The notes under the pieces were generated by a model. It ran no database searches. It was not told the origin of the DNA and was given only the letters and a program-made list of their open reading frames with translations. A DNA stretch of 64,000 bases, from assembly GCA_963816145.1 (NCBI GenBank), contig CAWFJP010000031.1:523070-587069 (forward strand), in the 5' to 3' direction. This document shows, piece after piece, positions 19,862 through 29,902 of the stretch; within the stretch, counting starts at the first letter, position 1, and each line of letters opens with the position of its first letter. This stretch comes from an uncultured delta proteobacterium. GTDB taxonomy: Bacteria; Desulfobacterota; Binatia; UBA9968. A program made the translations under genes and the position numbers.

Positions 19862-21205
19862 TTACGAGCCCATCGCTTTGCGCAGCTGGACAAAGGACTG
19901 AAGCTGCGCCTGATTGACCGCGATTGCGTTGTCCTGGACTAGGAACAGGCTGCGCTGGGTGTCGAGTAAGTTGAGATAGTCGATGGCGCCGGCATCGAAT
20001 TGCGCTTTAGCGATGTCATAGGCGTTTTGCGATTCGATCACCGATGAGCGGGCGATTCCGGCACGGTCGTTGGCGCTCTTGAGCGCGGCCAGCGCATCTT
20101 CGACTTCTTGGAACGCGGTCAGCACGGTTTTCTGATAAGTCACGGCGAGTTCCTTCTGGCGCGCCGTAACGTTCTCGAGATTTCCGGTGAGCTGTCCACC
20201 GGTGAAGATCGGCGCGAGCAGGCTAGAGGCGATCGACGATGCCGCGGCGGCCGGGTTGCCGAATCCCGCGGCGATCACAGTGCTGGCGCTCAAAGTTAAT
20301 GATGGGAAGAAGGCCGCGCGGGCGGCGCCGATATCGGCGTTGGCGGCGCGCAGGGCGGATTCGGCACTTTCGATGTCCGGCCGCGCGGTCAACAGCATTG
20401 CCGGCGGGGTCAGGTTGACCGCAGGCATCTTGAGCGAAGTCAACTGTGCGGTCGGGACGGAGTACTCTTGCGGCGCCAGGCCGAGCAGGATGGCCAACGC
20501 GTTGCCGGTTGTGCTGCGCTGTTCGATCAACAACGCCAGCGCGGTGCGAAAAGTGTTGACCGCGACGCGCTGCTGCGCGACTTCGAGGCCCGAGACGCTG
20601 CCGGCGTTGTAGCGCGCTTCGACGATGCGGAGAATCTCCTCAGCGCTTTTCAAGTTATAATCAGCGATGCTTACGCGATCATTAAGGCTGAGAATCTGCG
20701 AGTAGAAATTGGTCGCATCCGACGTGACCACTAGGCGCAGCGCTTCACGGTCGAACTGGCTGACGTCAATGTGGTAATCGGCGGATTTGGCTTGATTGCG
20801 GTTCTTGCCCCATAGATCGACTTCGTAACTGAGGTTGGCGCCGCCGGCAACGGCCGTCTTGTCCTGCGGGCTCTGAAGCGTGCGCGCCGCCGAGCCGCTG
20901 GCGCTAACCGTCGGATAAAGCGGTGATGCGGCGACTTTGGCTTGAGCGCGCGCCTGTTCGATGCGATGTAGGGCTGCTTCGAGATCGAGGTTTTGCGCCA
21001 AGACATTGTCGATCAAACGATTGAGCTCGTCACTGCCCAAGTCCTGCCAAAACGGTGTGGTATTTTGCTGGATCGCACCGACTCCGGCGACGTTGCTCCA
21101 GCCGGCAGGCAACGCGATTGGCGGCCGCTGATAGTCAGGCGCCAGGCTGCAAGCCGACAATGCCAATGAAAGGGCGATGGCGCCGCTACGTAGAATCGTC
21201 CGCAT
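19862..21205 (-). CDS. Efflux outer membrane lipoprotein (NodT/TolC family)
   Basis: Lipobox LSAC, SYEVDLWG, RPDI, ANADIGAARAAFFP. Confidence 0.92.
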   Translation of the reverse strand: MRTILRSGAIALSLALSACSLAPDYQRPPIALPAGWSNVAGVGAIQQNTTPFWQDLGSDELNRLIDNVLAQNLDLEAALHRIEQARAQAKVAASPLYPTVSASGSAARTLQSPQDKTAVAGGANLSYEVDLWGKNRNQAKSADYHIDVSQFDREALRLVVTSDATNFYSQILSLNDRVSIADYNLKSAEEILRIVEARYNAGSVSGLEVAQQRVAVNTFRTALALLIEQRSTTGNALAILLGLAPQEYSVPTAQLTSLKMPAVNLTPPAMLLTARPDIESAESALRAANADIGAARAAFFPSLTLSASTVIAAGFGNPAAAASSIASSLLAPIFTGGQLTGNLENVTARQKELAVTYQKTVLTAFQEVEDALAALKSANDRAGIARSSVIESQNAYDIAKAQFDAGAIDYLNLLDTQRSLFLVQDNAIAVNQAQLQSFVQLRKAMGS

Positions 21206-21213
21206 AAATCACC

Positions 21214-23155
21214 TCACTCCGAAGCCAAAGCGATGACGGGATCGAGCTGCGCGGCTTGCCGCGCTGGCAGATAGCCGAATATAAGCCCGGTCGCCGACGC
21301 GCAGGCAAAGGCGAGCAGTGCCGGGGTTACTGAAAAAATTACCGACATGCCGCTGTAGCGCAGCACCAGCCCAGCGAGCACGCCAACCAAAATTCCGAGT
21401 ATGCCACCAGTGGCGCATACGACCGCCGCTTCGATGTTAAATTGCAGCATGATGTCGCGCATGCGCGCGCCGGTGGCCATGCGGATGCCGATCTCACGGG
21501 TGCGCTCGACGACGCTGACGAGCATGATGTTCATGACGCCGATGCCGCCGACCAGCAACGAAATCGCCGCCACCGTGCCGAGCAGAATCGTGAAGGTATC
21601 TTGGGTTTCCATGGCGGCCTGGAGAAAGGAGGCCATGTTGCGCACGCTGAAGTCTTCGGTCTTGTGGCGCGCCTTCAACAATGTCCTCGACGCTTTGCTG
21701 GGTGGCGTCGATCTCAGCCGAGTCTTTGACTTTGATCGTGATGCTGCTGAGGTAATTCTTGCCGAAGAGCCGCACTAAGCCGGTAGTGATCGGCACGAAA
21801 ATGACATCGTCTTGATCGCTGCCGTTAGGCGAGGCGCCCTTTTCGGTCATCACGCCGATCACCAGGAAGGGCACGCTTTTCATCAGCACGTATTTGCCGA
21901 TGGGACTATCGCCGCCGGGAAAGAGTGTTTTCGCCACTGTGCGGCCGAGCACGACCACGGCGGCGTAGTGTTTCATGTCGTCGGCATTGAAAAATTGCCC
22001 TTCGCCTACCGGCCAATCGCGTGCCGAGGGGAAGTCTTCCCCGGTACCCTGCATGGAGGTTTGATAATCGATGTTGCCGAAACGCACGGTAGCCCGGCCA
22101 TTGCGCTCTGGCAGGGCGGCTTCGATATTGGGCAATGCTTTAATCGCCGCCGCGTCGTCCGGCACCAAGGTCGCGATGTCACCGGCGGCGCGAATGCCGG
22201 CGGCGCCGGGCCGGATCAGCATCAAGTTGGTGCCGAAGGAGCTGATGCGGTCGAGGACTTTTTGCCGGCTGCCTTCGCCAACGGCGAGCATGGCAACCAC
22301 GGCGGAGACGCCGATAATGATTCCGAGCAGGGTGAGAGTGGTACGAAAAATGTTTACCCGGAGCGAGCGGCCGGCGGTCACAAAGGCTTCTTGCATGCTT
22401 GCCACCAAACTGACCGCGCTGCTCAAATTGAGTTCTTGGACCTCCGGCAGGTTCGTGCTCTCAGCGAGATGCACACCGGTGTCTTCGATGATTCGGCCGT
22501 CTTGAATGCGCACGATGCGGCCGGCATGTTGTGCGACATTTTCCGCGTGAGTGATCAGAATGATCGTGCGCCCTTCGGCGTGCAACTGTTTTAACAGCGC
22601 CAGTACTTCGTCGCCGCTCTTGGTATCCAAGGCGCCGGTGGGTTCGTCGGCGAGAATCACCGGCGGATCGTTGACCAGGGCACGAGCGATGGCGACCCGC
22701 TGCTGCTGGCCGCCGGAGAGCTCGGACGGTCGATGATCGGAGCGATCGCCGAGACCGAGCTGCTTGAGAAGATCCATGGCATGAATTTTTCGTTGCCGTT
22801 TGGGCAAGCCCGCGTAGACCGAAGGTATGGCGACGTTTTCTTCAGCCGTCGCGGTGGCGAGCAGATTGTAGCGTTGGAAGATGAAGCCGAAAGTCTCGCG
22901 CCGCAGCGACGCCAGTTCGTCCGCTTCAAGATTGGCGGCTTCTTTGCCAAGCACCAAGTAGCTTCCGGTTGTCGGGCGATCGAGACAGCCGATGATGTTC
23001 ATCAGCGTCGACTTGCCGGAGCCGGACTGACCCATGACCGCGACGAACTCGCCGCGTTGAATCGTTAGCGAAACGCCGTCGAGCGCTCTTACCGTAGTAT
23101 CGCCGTTTTTATAATGCTTATGGATATCGTGCAGCTCTAGAATCGTCGCGTTCAT
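21214..23155 (-). CDS. macB: MacB-type ABC ATPase-permease (single extra base near 21685)
   Basis: [25 protein letters not shown]; C-terminus [21 protein letters not shown] in the adjacent frame, restored by removing one G from GAGGACA. Confidence 0.9.
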
Positions 23156-24369
23156 AGCTGTGGTCCTCGGACGGGGCGCTGCGCCGCGCCGTTGCCGCGC
23201 TGTTGGTTATTCGCCTGGTTATTCTGGTTCGGTGTACCTGCCGGTCGATTGCCGGCGAGTTTTTCGCCTTCCTGTAAGCCGTCGATCACTTCGGCCTGGG
23301 TGCGTGTCTGCAAACCGACATGAATGACGCGCTGTTCGCGGCCTTTATCGGTTAAAACTGTTACGCGATAGGCTTTACCTTTCTCGTTGTCTTCTGTGGC
23401 AGCGCGCCGAGTGAGGACTTCCGCCGGTACGACCAGGGCGTCGTCCGCCTTGCCGAAGATAAAAAACACTTGGGTCGTCATGCCGGTCATGAGCTTGCGG
23501 CCGTCGTTTTTGACGTCGATCAGGACATCGTAGAGCACCACGTCATTGACGATTTCCGGCGACGGTTGCACCTGGCGCACCTTGCCTTGCCAGCGCCGTT
23601 CGCTATCGCCGAGGGTGGTGAAATAGGCCGGCATGTTTTCCTTGATGCGGGTGACATCCGCCTCGGCCACCTGCGCGCGCACGGTCATGACGTCGAGATT
23701 GGCTACCTGCATCACCGTCGGCGTGGTTTGATTGGCGTTCAACGTCTGCCCTTCTTTGGTCGGCAACGTCGTCACGGTGCCATCCATCGGCGCAAAAATC
23801 TTCGTGAAGCCGAGGTTGGTGCGGCTCGCCTTGAGGTTCGATTCGGTTTCCTGAATCTGCGCGGCTATCGAATCCACCTGGGCGCGGGCCACCGCCGCCT
23901 GGCTCTCGGTCTCCTGCAAAGCCTGCTGGCTGACGGCGTTGGCGGTAATCAGATTTTGATTCCGTTTGAGATTCTGTTCAGTCAGCACCGCCGAGGCCTT
24001 CTGCTGGTCCAATTGGGCGCGCAAGCTATTTAGGTGAGCTTCGCCGGCTTCCACTTGGGCTTGGTAAACCCGCGGATCAATCTCGGCGAGCAATTGGCCT
24101 TTTTTTACCGTATCGCCGATATCGACGTGGATCTTCTTGAGCTGGCCGGAAACCTGAGTGCCGACATCGACATACTGTTTGGCCTCCAGCTTGCCCTGAG
24201 AAGTGACGACTTCCTCGATGTTGCCGCGGGTCACTGCGATCGGCCGAATTGCGCTATCCTGGGGTTTTTGCCCGGCGCTACTGTACCAATACCAACCGCC
24301 GGCGATTAAAAGTAAAAACACGAATACACCGACAATCTGTTTGCGCCGGACTTTCGGTAGCCAATTCAT
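23152..24369 (-). CDS. macA: MacA-type periplasmic adaptor
   Basis: N-terminal TM, VDVGTQVSGQL, IFAPMDGTV, EGQTLNANQTTP. Confidence 0.9.
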   Translation of the reverse strand: MNWLPKVRRKQIVGVFVFLLLIAGGWYWYSSAGQKPQDSAIRPIAVTRGNIEEVVTSQGKLEAKQYVDVGTQVSGQLKKIHVDIGDTVKKGQLLAEIDPRVYQAQVEAGEAHLNSLRAQLDQQKASAVLTEQNLKRNQNLITANAVSQQALQETESQAAVARAQVDSIAAQIQETESNLKASRTNLGFTKIFAPMDGTVTTLPTKEGQTLNANQTTPTVMQVANLDVMTVRAQVAEADVTRIKENMPAYFTTLGDSERRWQGKVRQVQPSPEIVNDVVLYDVLIDVKNDGRKLMTGMTTQVFFIFGKADDALVVPAEVLTRRAATEDNEKGKAYRVTVLTDKGREQRVIHVGLQTRTQAEVIDGLQEGEKLAGNRPAGTPNQNNQANNQQRGNGAAQRPVRGPQL

Positions 24370-24401
24370 AATTTTAGTCCTTCCTCCGCACCGTTCTTGT
24401 C

Positions 24402-24434
24402 CGATGATACGAACGAGCGCGCGGAAGTCTTCGC
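24402..24434 (-). promoter_or_regulatory. Putative ECF sigma promoter, copy before macA
   Basis: GCGAAGACTT-N12-TCGTATCATCG, same boxes and spacing as at 25912-25944. Confidence 0.75.
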
Positions 24435-24439
24435 CGAGC

Positions 24440-24472
24440 AAAAAAAAGAGCGCCGGGAAAATCCCGGCGCTC
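24440..24472 (-). terminator. Rho-independent terminator after the ECF operon
   Basis: GAGCGCCGGGA-TTT-TCCCGGCGCTC-TTTTTTTT on the minus strand. Confidence 0.85.
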
Positions 24473-24503
24473 GCCGTCAATATTCAGATTTTGCTGAGTA
24501 AAT

Positions 24504-24941
24504 CTATGATTTTGCGGGCGGAGGCGGGCGGCGCAACAGATCGGCGAAGTGGCGCCGCTCGGCGGCCGACAAGTCTTTGGTTGCGTCTTTGACGACCTGC
24601 GCCAATTGTTTGGTCATGCTTTGGCGCATCTCATTGATTTTGCTGACTTGGCGGTCATAGGCTGCTTCATCGAAAGTTTCTCTCCCGAGCAGTTCCACCG
24701 CCTCGGCTTCAGCTTGTCTGATTTGGCCGAACAAAGGATCGGCCACCGCGCGCAGTTTTTGCAATCGGTCGCGCAGCCGATTTTGTTCCGCTTCCGGCAA
24801 GTTTTTGAGCACTTGATCGAATCTTTGCTGCCGCATGGTGCCAGGGGCAAACCGTCTTGGCGACTGACCGAGTATCACGCCAAGCATCAGCACGTTCAAA
24901 ATAATTGAGATGACAAACGAAATCCGCGCAGTCCGGTTCAT
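24504..24941 (-). CDS. Periplasmic heavy-metal sensor / Spy-CpxP-like protein
   Basis: N-terminal ISIILNVLMLG TM, helical body, LSAAERR; follows sigma and anti-sigma genes. Confidence 0.75.
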   Translation of the reverse strand: MNRTARISFVISIILNVLMLGVILGQSPRRFAPGTMRQQRFDQVLKNLPEAEQNRLRDRLQKLRAVADPLFGQIRQAEAEAVELLGRETFDEAAYDRQVSKINEMRQSMTKQLAQVVKDATKDLSAAERRHFADLLRRPPPPAKS

Positions 24942-25252
24942 AACAACCCCTCAGCGTCGGCGAGAAAGCTCTCGGCATAGTTAGAGTCTGAGTCTGTGGA
25001 TGCGGCCGTTTGCGGCGCCGTGCTAAATCCCAAAAACATTCCCAAAACCAACGCGGTGGTGAGTACATAGCCCGGTTTAGGCAGATGAAGCTCGGCAAAT
25101 AGCTGGCGCAGCGACTGCCAGAGCGAATAATTCTGCACTTGCGGCATGCCCTGGGCCCTTAGAATGATCCGCGCCGCCAAATCCGGCCTCGCCGCCTCGG
25201 TCCGGCGCGAGCGCAGCATCGCGGTTAACTTGTCTTCGTCGTTCTGGCTCAT
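24938..25252 (-). CDS. Putative membrane anti-sigma factor
   Basis: PDLAARI motif, single TM, directly after the ECF sigma. Confidence 0.65.
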   Translation of the reverse strand: MSQNDEDKLTAMLRSRRTEAARPDLAARIILRAQGMPQVQNYSLWQSLRQLFAELHLPKPGYVLTTALVLGMFLGFSTAPQTAASTDSDSNYAESFLADAEGLL

Positions 25253-25259
25253 AAAAACC

Positions 25260-25814
25260 TCACAAGTAACTCTTCAGGCGCTCTTTCAAGGTGGTTTTTG
25301 CGCGCATCAGCAAAGATTGCAATGCTTTGAGATTGATCCCCATGACTTCAGCCGCCTCTTGATTGCTGATTCCTTCATCGAAACAGAGATTGAGCGCAGT
25401 ACGTTGACGCTCGGGCAACGCGGCGATTTCCTGCTCGAGGATGCGTTGTTGTTCGCGGCGCAACATCATTTGATCGGCGCTTTCCCGATCATCGATCAGC
25501 GTCATACCCTCGCTCAACTCCATTGGCCGTTTACGTTTCTGCCAATCGAGGCATAGGTTGACCACAACCCGATAAAACCAGGTGGTAAACCTGGAGTTTT
25601 TATCCGGCTGCCACTTGGCCGGATCTTCCCAGAGTTTAAGAAACGCGTCCTGAACCACGTCCTCGGCCGCTTGGCGATTTTGCAGATAACGAAAGGCGAG
25701 CCGATAAAATCGATCAGTATGGCGCTCGACCAGGGCGGCGAATGCCGGATGGCTGCCGTCCTGCACCAAGGCGAGCAAATCACTGTCATCTTTGTCGGGC
25801 CAGGCTGCCGCCAT
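25260..25814 (-). CDS. ECF RNA polymerase sigma factor
   Basis: AEDVVQDAF, FTTWFYRVVVNLCLD, LPERQR, region 4 HTH. Confidence 0.93.
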   Translation of the reverse strand: MAAAWPDKDDSDLLALVQDGSHPAFAALVERHTDRFYRLAFRYLQNRQAAEDVVQDAFLKLWEDPAKWQPDKNSRFTTWFYRVVVNLCLDWQKRKRPMELSEGMTLIDDRESADQMMLRREQQRILEQEIAALPERQRTALNLCFDEGISNQEAAEVMGINLKALQSLLMRAKTTLKERLKSYL

Positions 25815-25911
25815 ATTAGCGATTTGACGCACGCGAAATTGAAACGAATCAGCTCGATCATATATTCATCTTCCGGAAACTGCCAAAGCCTGGATAAATC
25901 CTTCCGCTATT

Positions 25912-25944
25912 CGATGATACGACTGAGCCGTGAAAAGTCTTCGC
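25912..25944 (-). promoter_or_regulatory. Putative ECF sigma promoter, autoregulatory copy
   Basis: GCGAAGACTT-N12-TCGTATCATCG. Confidence 0.75.
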
Positions 25945-25965
25945 GGCCGGCGATGGAAGCCGATT

Positions 25966-26592
25966 CTAAGCGCGGGTCGGTGGCAACCGGGGTTCGATAA
26001 GCGTGCGAAATGTCGCGATATCATGCGCCGAAACCGCGAATCCGCACCACTGGGTTTCGGCGGCATATAGGCGCACCGTCGGCTTGAAACCGTGCACCAG
26101 CGGCAGCAAATCGCGCAGCGTGTCGTACCAGGCCCGCCGCTCATCGCGGTCGATGGGCGTGTCATCCACGGCAGCGATCTCACGGCAAAGATCTTGCCAG
26201 CGGCTCACCGAGAAGCCGACGGTAACATTATTCGGATAGTTCGCCAGTGTCACCCATCGGGGGCGAGAAAAGTGTTGGTTCTCGTCGAATTCTACGATAA
26301 AAGGCGGGTCGGCGATGAAGTAGTCGCAGGGCGGCATTTGCGCGCTCTTGATGAAGTCGCGATGGCCGCGCAGGTCGCCGAGGGCAGCGCGGATCTGCTG
26401 GAGCGTTTTGCCGATGGCCGTGTTGGCGTAATCTTCCGGCTGGGCGGACCAGGTGAACGAGTGGCTGACGCGGCATTCGCCATAGATGGCGCATAGCAAT
26501 TCGCGCACGCGCTCTTTGCAAGCGCGGCAGTGGGGTGGGTGTTGGCAGTTCACGATGCGAGCTAAACTAATCATTACAAAAGTCTGAGGCAA
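25966..26592 (-). CDS. Hypothetical protein with Vsr/DUF559-like nuclease motif (start uncertain)
   Basis: CDYF....FIVEFDENQHF and RAWYDTLRD. Confidence 0.55.
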   Translation of the reverse strand: MPQTFVMISLARIVNCQHPPHCRACKERVRELLCAIYGECRVSHSFTWSAQPEDYANTAIGKTLQQIRAALGDLRGHRDFIKSAQMPPCDYFIADPPFIVEFDENQHFSRPRWVTLANYPNNVTVGFSVSRWQDLCREIAAVDDTPIDRDERRAWYDTLRDLLPLVHGFKPTVRLYAAETQWCGFAVSAHDIATFRTLIEPRLPPTRA

Positions 26593-26609
26593 CTGAAGGA
26601 GTAAGGTTC

Positions 26610-28850
26610 ATGGCCAAGAACAGTTCGATTATCGGTGCGGCGGTCGGTCGAGTCGAGGGCGCGGACAAAGTTGGCGGCACGGCGATTTATGGGGCGGATG
26701 TGCATTTTGCCGACGCCCTATGGGGGAAGATTTTGCGCAGTCCCTATCCCCATGCGCGGATCAAGAACATCGATACTTCAAAGGCGTGGAAAGTGGCGGG
26801 AGTGAAAGCGATCGTCACCGGTAAGGACGAGCCGGACCATTATCAAGGCAAGAGCATTCGCGACATTCCGGTCTTGTGCTGGGACAAGGTGCTTTTTGTC
26901 GGCGACCGGGTCGCTGCCGTGGCGGCCGAGGATAAGGACGCCGCCGAGGAATCCTGCAGCTTGATCGACGTCGAGTATGAAGAGCTGCCGGCGGTGTTCG
27001 ATGTGCTCGACGCGATGAAGCCGAATGCCCCGGTGCTGCACGACAACGCGCCGGCTTATGACGGCGCGCCCAAAGATATCATGGCGCCGGCCGGCGGCAA
27101 CGTCGTCAACAAGCTCACCTTCGGCAAGGGCGATATCGAAAAAGGTTTCGCCGAAGCCGATCTGGTGTTGGAACATACCTTTCGCATGCCGATCCATCAC
27201 CAGGGCTATCTCGAACCGCAATCGTTTCTTGTGAAAATCGCAGAGGACGGCACGGTTAACGCGTGGGCTTCGACCAAGGGGCCGTTCGGCACGCGCGCGC
27301 AATTCGCCAAGGCGGTCGGCATTCCAGCCAGTCAGATTCATCTGCAGGCGGTCCATGTCGGCGCCGACTTCGGCGGCAAGAGCGGCGCCGGCGAGTTGCC
27401 AATTTGCTACTTCCTTGCCAAGCAGGCCAAGCGGCCGGTGAAGATCGTGCTCTCACACAGCGAAGAGTTGACGGCGATGAATCCCGACCACTACACGGTG
27501 GTGAAAGTGAAAACCGGAGTCAAGCGCGACGGACGGATGACCGCACGCTATTTGCAAGCGATCCATGGCACCGGCGCTTACGCCGGCATGAAACCGGGAC
27601 GGGCGAGCATCGGCGGCGCCGGCTCGGCGACACCGTACAAGATCGCCAACAGTTTCATGGAGGCGCTGCAGGTCTACACCAATACCGTGCCTTGCGGTTT
27701 CTGGCGCGCCCCGGGCGCGATCCAGGCGACTTTCGCCTCGGAGTCGCATATGGATTTGATCGCCAAGGAATTGAAGATGGACCCGGCGAAGTTTCGCATG
27801 ATGAACCTCGTCGGCGAAGGTGAAGAAAACGCACTGGGGAGATCTTGGAGCGGCGTGAAGGCAAAGGAGACGTTGAAAGCCGCGCTCGACGCTGCCGGCT
27901 GGAAGTCGCCCAAGCGCCCCAATGTCGGCCGCGGCGTGGCGATGTACGAGCGCGGCACCGGCGCCGGCAAGGTTTGGGTGAACCTCACTGCGGAAGCCGA
28001 TGGCAGCTTGACCGTGTTCACCGTCGCCGGCGATCAGGGAACGGGTTTGCAGACCGTGCTCTGCCAGACGGTCGCGGCCGAAATGCAGGTGCCCTATGAA
28101 AATGTCCGTTGCCGCATCGGCAACACGGCGGATGTGTCCTACAGCGTCGATGTCGGCTTCGGCGGCAGCCGCTCGACCAACATCAACAGCGCCGCGGCGT
28201 ATCAGGCCTCGGCCGAGCTGCGCAAGAATCTCTGCGCGCAAGCGGCGGCAATGTTCGGTTGCACGGAAGATCAGGTGATCTATAAGAACGGAAAATTTAC
28301 CGCTACCGGCGTAAAAGCGAAGCCGCTGGCATTAAAGGATGTCGTCAAGGCGAGCGGCGGGCCGGTGACGGTGAGCGTCGAAACCGAGGTGCCGCGCAAG
28401 GGCTCGTCGACTTCGTTTATCGCTCAAGTCGCGGAGGTTGAGGTTGATCCAGAGACCGGGCGCGTAAAGCTCAACAAATTCGTCACCGCCCATGATGTCG
28501 GCACGATCATCAACCCACTCGGCCATCAGGGACAGATCGACGGCGAAGCGATCATGGCCATCGGCAGCGGCCTGATGGAAGAGCTTACCCACGATCAAGG
28601 CAAGGTGACGACGACGAATTTGGGTGAATACAAGATTCCCAACATTCTCGATATCCCGAAATTGAAAACCGTCCTGGTGAAAGGGAAAAACGGCCCCGGC
28701 CCCTACGAAGCCAAAGGCATCGGCGAGCACGCCAACGTCACCCCGCCCGCTGCCATCGCCAACGCCGTCGCTGACGCCTGCGGTGTGCGGATATTCGAAA
28801 CGCCGGTGACGGCGGAGAAGGTGTATGCGGCGTTGCACGGGAAGGCTTGA
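26610..28850 (+). CDS. Xanthine dehydrogenase family molybdopterin-binding subunit
   Basis: LRSPYPHARI, GADFGGK, WRAPG, VEVDPETG, GQIDG, AKGIGE. Confidence 0.93.
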   Translation: MAKNSSIIGAAVGRVEGADKVGGTAIYGADVHFADALWGKILRSPYPHARIKNIDTSKAWKVAGVKAIVTGKDEPDHYQGKSIRDIPVLCWDKVLFVGDRVAAVAAEDKDAAEESCSLIDVEYEELPAVFDVLDAMKPNAPVLHDNAPAYDGAPKDIMAPAGGNVVNKLTFGKGDIEKGFAEADLVLEHTFRMPIHHQGYLEPQSFLVKIAEDGTVNAWASTKGPFGTRAQFAKAVGIPASQIHLQAVHVGADFGGKSGAGELPICYFLAKQAKRPVKIVLSHSEELTAMNPDHYTVVKVKTGVKRDGRMTARYLQAIHGTGAYAGMKPGRASIGGAGSATPYKIANSFMEALQVYTNTVPCGFWRAPGAIQATFASESHMDLIAKELKMDPAKFRMMNLVGEGEENALGRSWSGVKAKETLKAALDAAGWKSPKRPNVGRGVAMYERGTGAGKVWVNLTAEADGSLTVFTVAGDQGTGLQTVLCQTVAAEMQVPYENVRCRIGNTADVSYSVDVGFGGSRSTNINSAAAYQASAELRKNLCAQAAAMFGCTEDQVIYKNGKFTATGVKAKPLALKDVVKASGGPVTVSVETEVPRKGSSTSFIAQVAEVEVDPETGRVKLNKFVTAHDVGTIINPLGHQGQIDGEAIMAIGSGLMEELTHDQGKVTTTNLGEYKIPNILDIPKLKTVLVKGKNGPGPYEAKGIGEHANVTPPAAIANAVADACGVRIFETPVTAEKVYAALHGKA

Positions 28851-28891
28851 GGCGAGAGGCGTGAGTATGACCGGGAAATAACGGAGGAACT

Positions 28892-29902
28892 ATGAAGGAT
28901 TTCAGTTGTCGCTGGCGCAATATTTTTTATTCTCTTTCGGTCCTGCTGATGATCTCGGCCAGTGCTGCGCAGGCGCAGGATAAGATTCGGATCGCCTACA
29001 GCTCCACGGATACGCTGAATCAATTGTGGACGATTCCACTTGAGACCGGGTTCTACAAAAAGAACGGACTCGATGTCGACATGGTTTATATCGGCAGCAC
29101 GACGGTCGGTATCTCGGCGATCGTGGCTCAGGATATCTCGATCGGCAACGCGGCCGGCAGCGGTGTGGCCAATGCCAACGTGCGCGGCGCCGATACCGTC
29201 AGCGTCGGTTGCATGATCAATGTTTTGGCTTACGAGTTGGTTGTACTCGACAGCATCAAGTCGCCGGAAGACCTCAAGGGAAAATCCATCGGTATCAGCC
29301 GTTTCGGCAGCGTTTCCGACGTCGCCGCGCGGGAGTTGCTGAGAGGAATGGGGCTGCGGCCGATGGACGATGTAAAAATATTGCAGGTCGGCGGGGCGGC
29401 GGAGCGGGCCGCAGGGTTCAGCCGCGGAGTGATCGCAGGATTTCCATCGCCTCCGGGCAACGTGCATCTTACTCCCTCCGGCGTTCCCTATCGCATCCTT
29501 GCCAACATGGCGGATCTGAAGAAACCGTACCCATTGCCGTTCATCTGCGCGGTGACAACCAAAAGCTACCTGGCGAAGAACCGGCCGATCGTGAAAAGAG
29601 TGATGATGGCGCTGATCGAAGGATCGCATTACTTCAAAACCAACAAGGAGGGCGCGCAGAAGATCGTCGCCAAATATCAGCGCACCGCCAACAAGGCCTA
29701 TCTCGACAGCTCCTACGATTCCACAGTGAAGATCCTCGAACGCGTGCCCTACACGACTCGCGAGGGCATGAAGATTCAGCTCGACGACGCCTTGAAGCAA
29801 ACGCCCGGCAGCAAGGTAACCGTGGACAGTCTGATCGACGACAGCATCGTGCGCGAATTGGAGAAGGAAGGGTTTATCGATCGGGTTTACGCTAGGCAAT
29901 AG
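28892..29902 (+). CDS. ABC substrate-binding protein, NMT1/THI5-like
   Basis: Signal peptide, GFYKKNGLDV, LKGKSIGISRFGS. Confidence 0.87.
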   Translation: MKDFSCRWRNIFYSLSVLLMISASAAQAQDKIRIAYSSTDTLNQLWTIPLETGFYKKNGLDVDMVYIGSTTVGISAIVAQDISIGNAAGSGVANANVRGADTVSVGCMINVLAYELVVLDSIKSPEDLKGKSIGISRFGSVSDVAARELLRGMGLRPMDDVKILQVGGAAERAAGFSRGVIAGFPSPPGNVHLTPSGVPYRILANMADLKKPYPLPFICAVTTKSYLAKNRPIVKRVMMALIEGSHYFKTNKEGAQKIVAKYQRTANKAYLDSSYDSTVKILERVPYTTREGMKIQLDDALKQTPGSKVTVDSLIDDSIVRELEKEGFIDRVYARQ

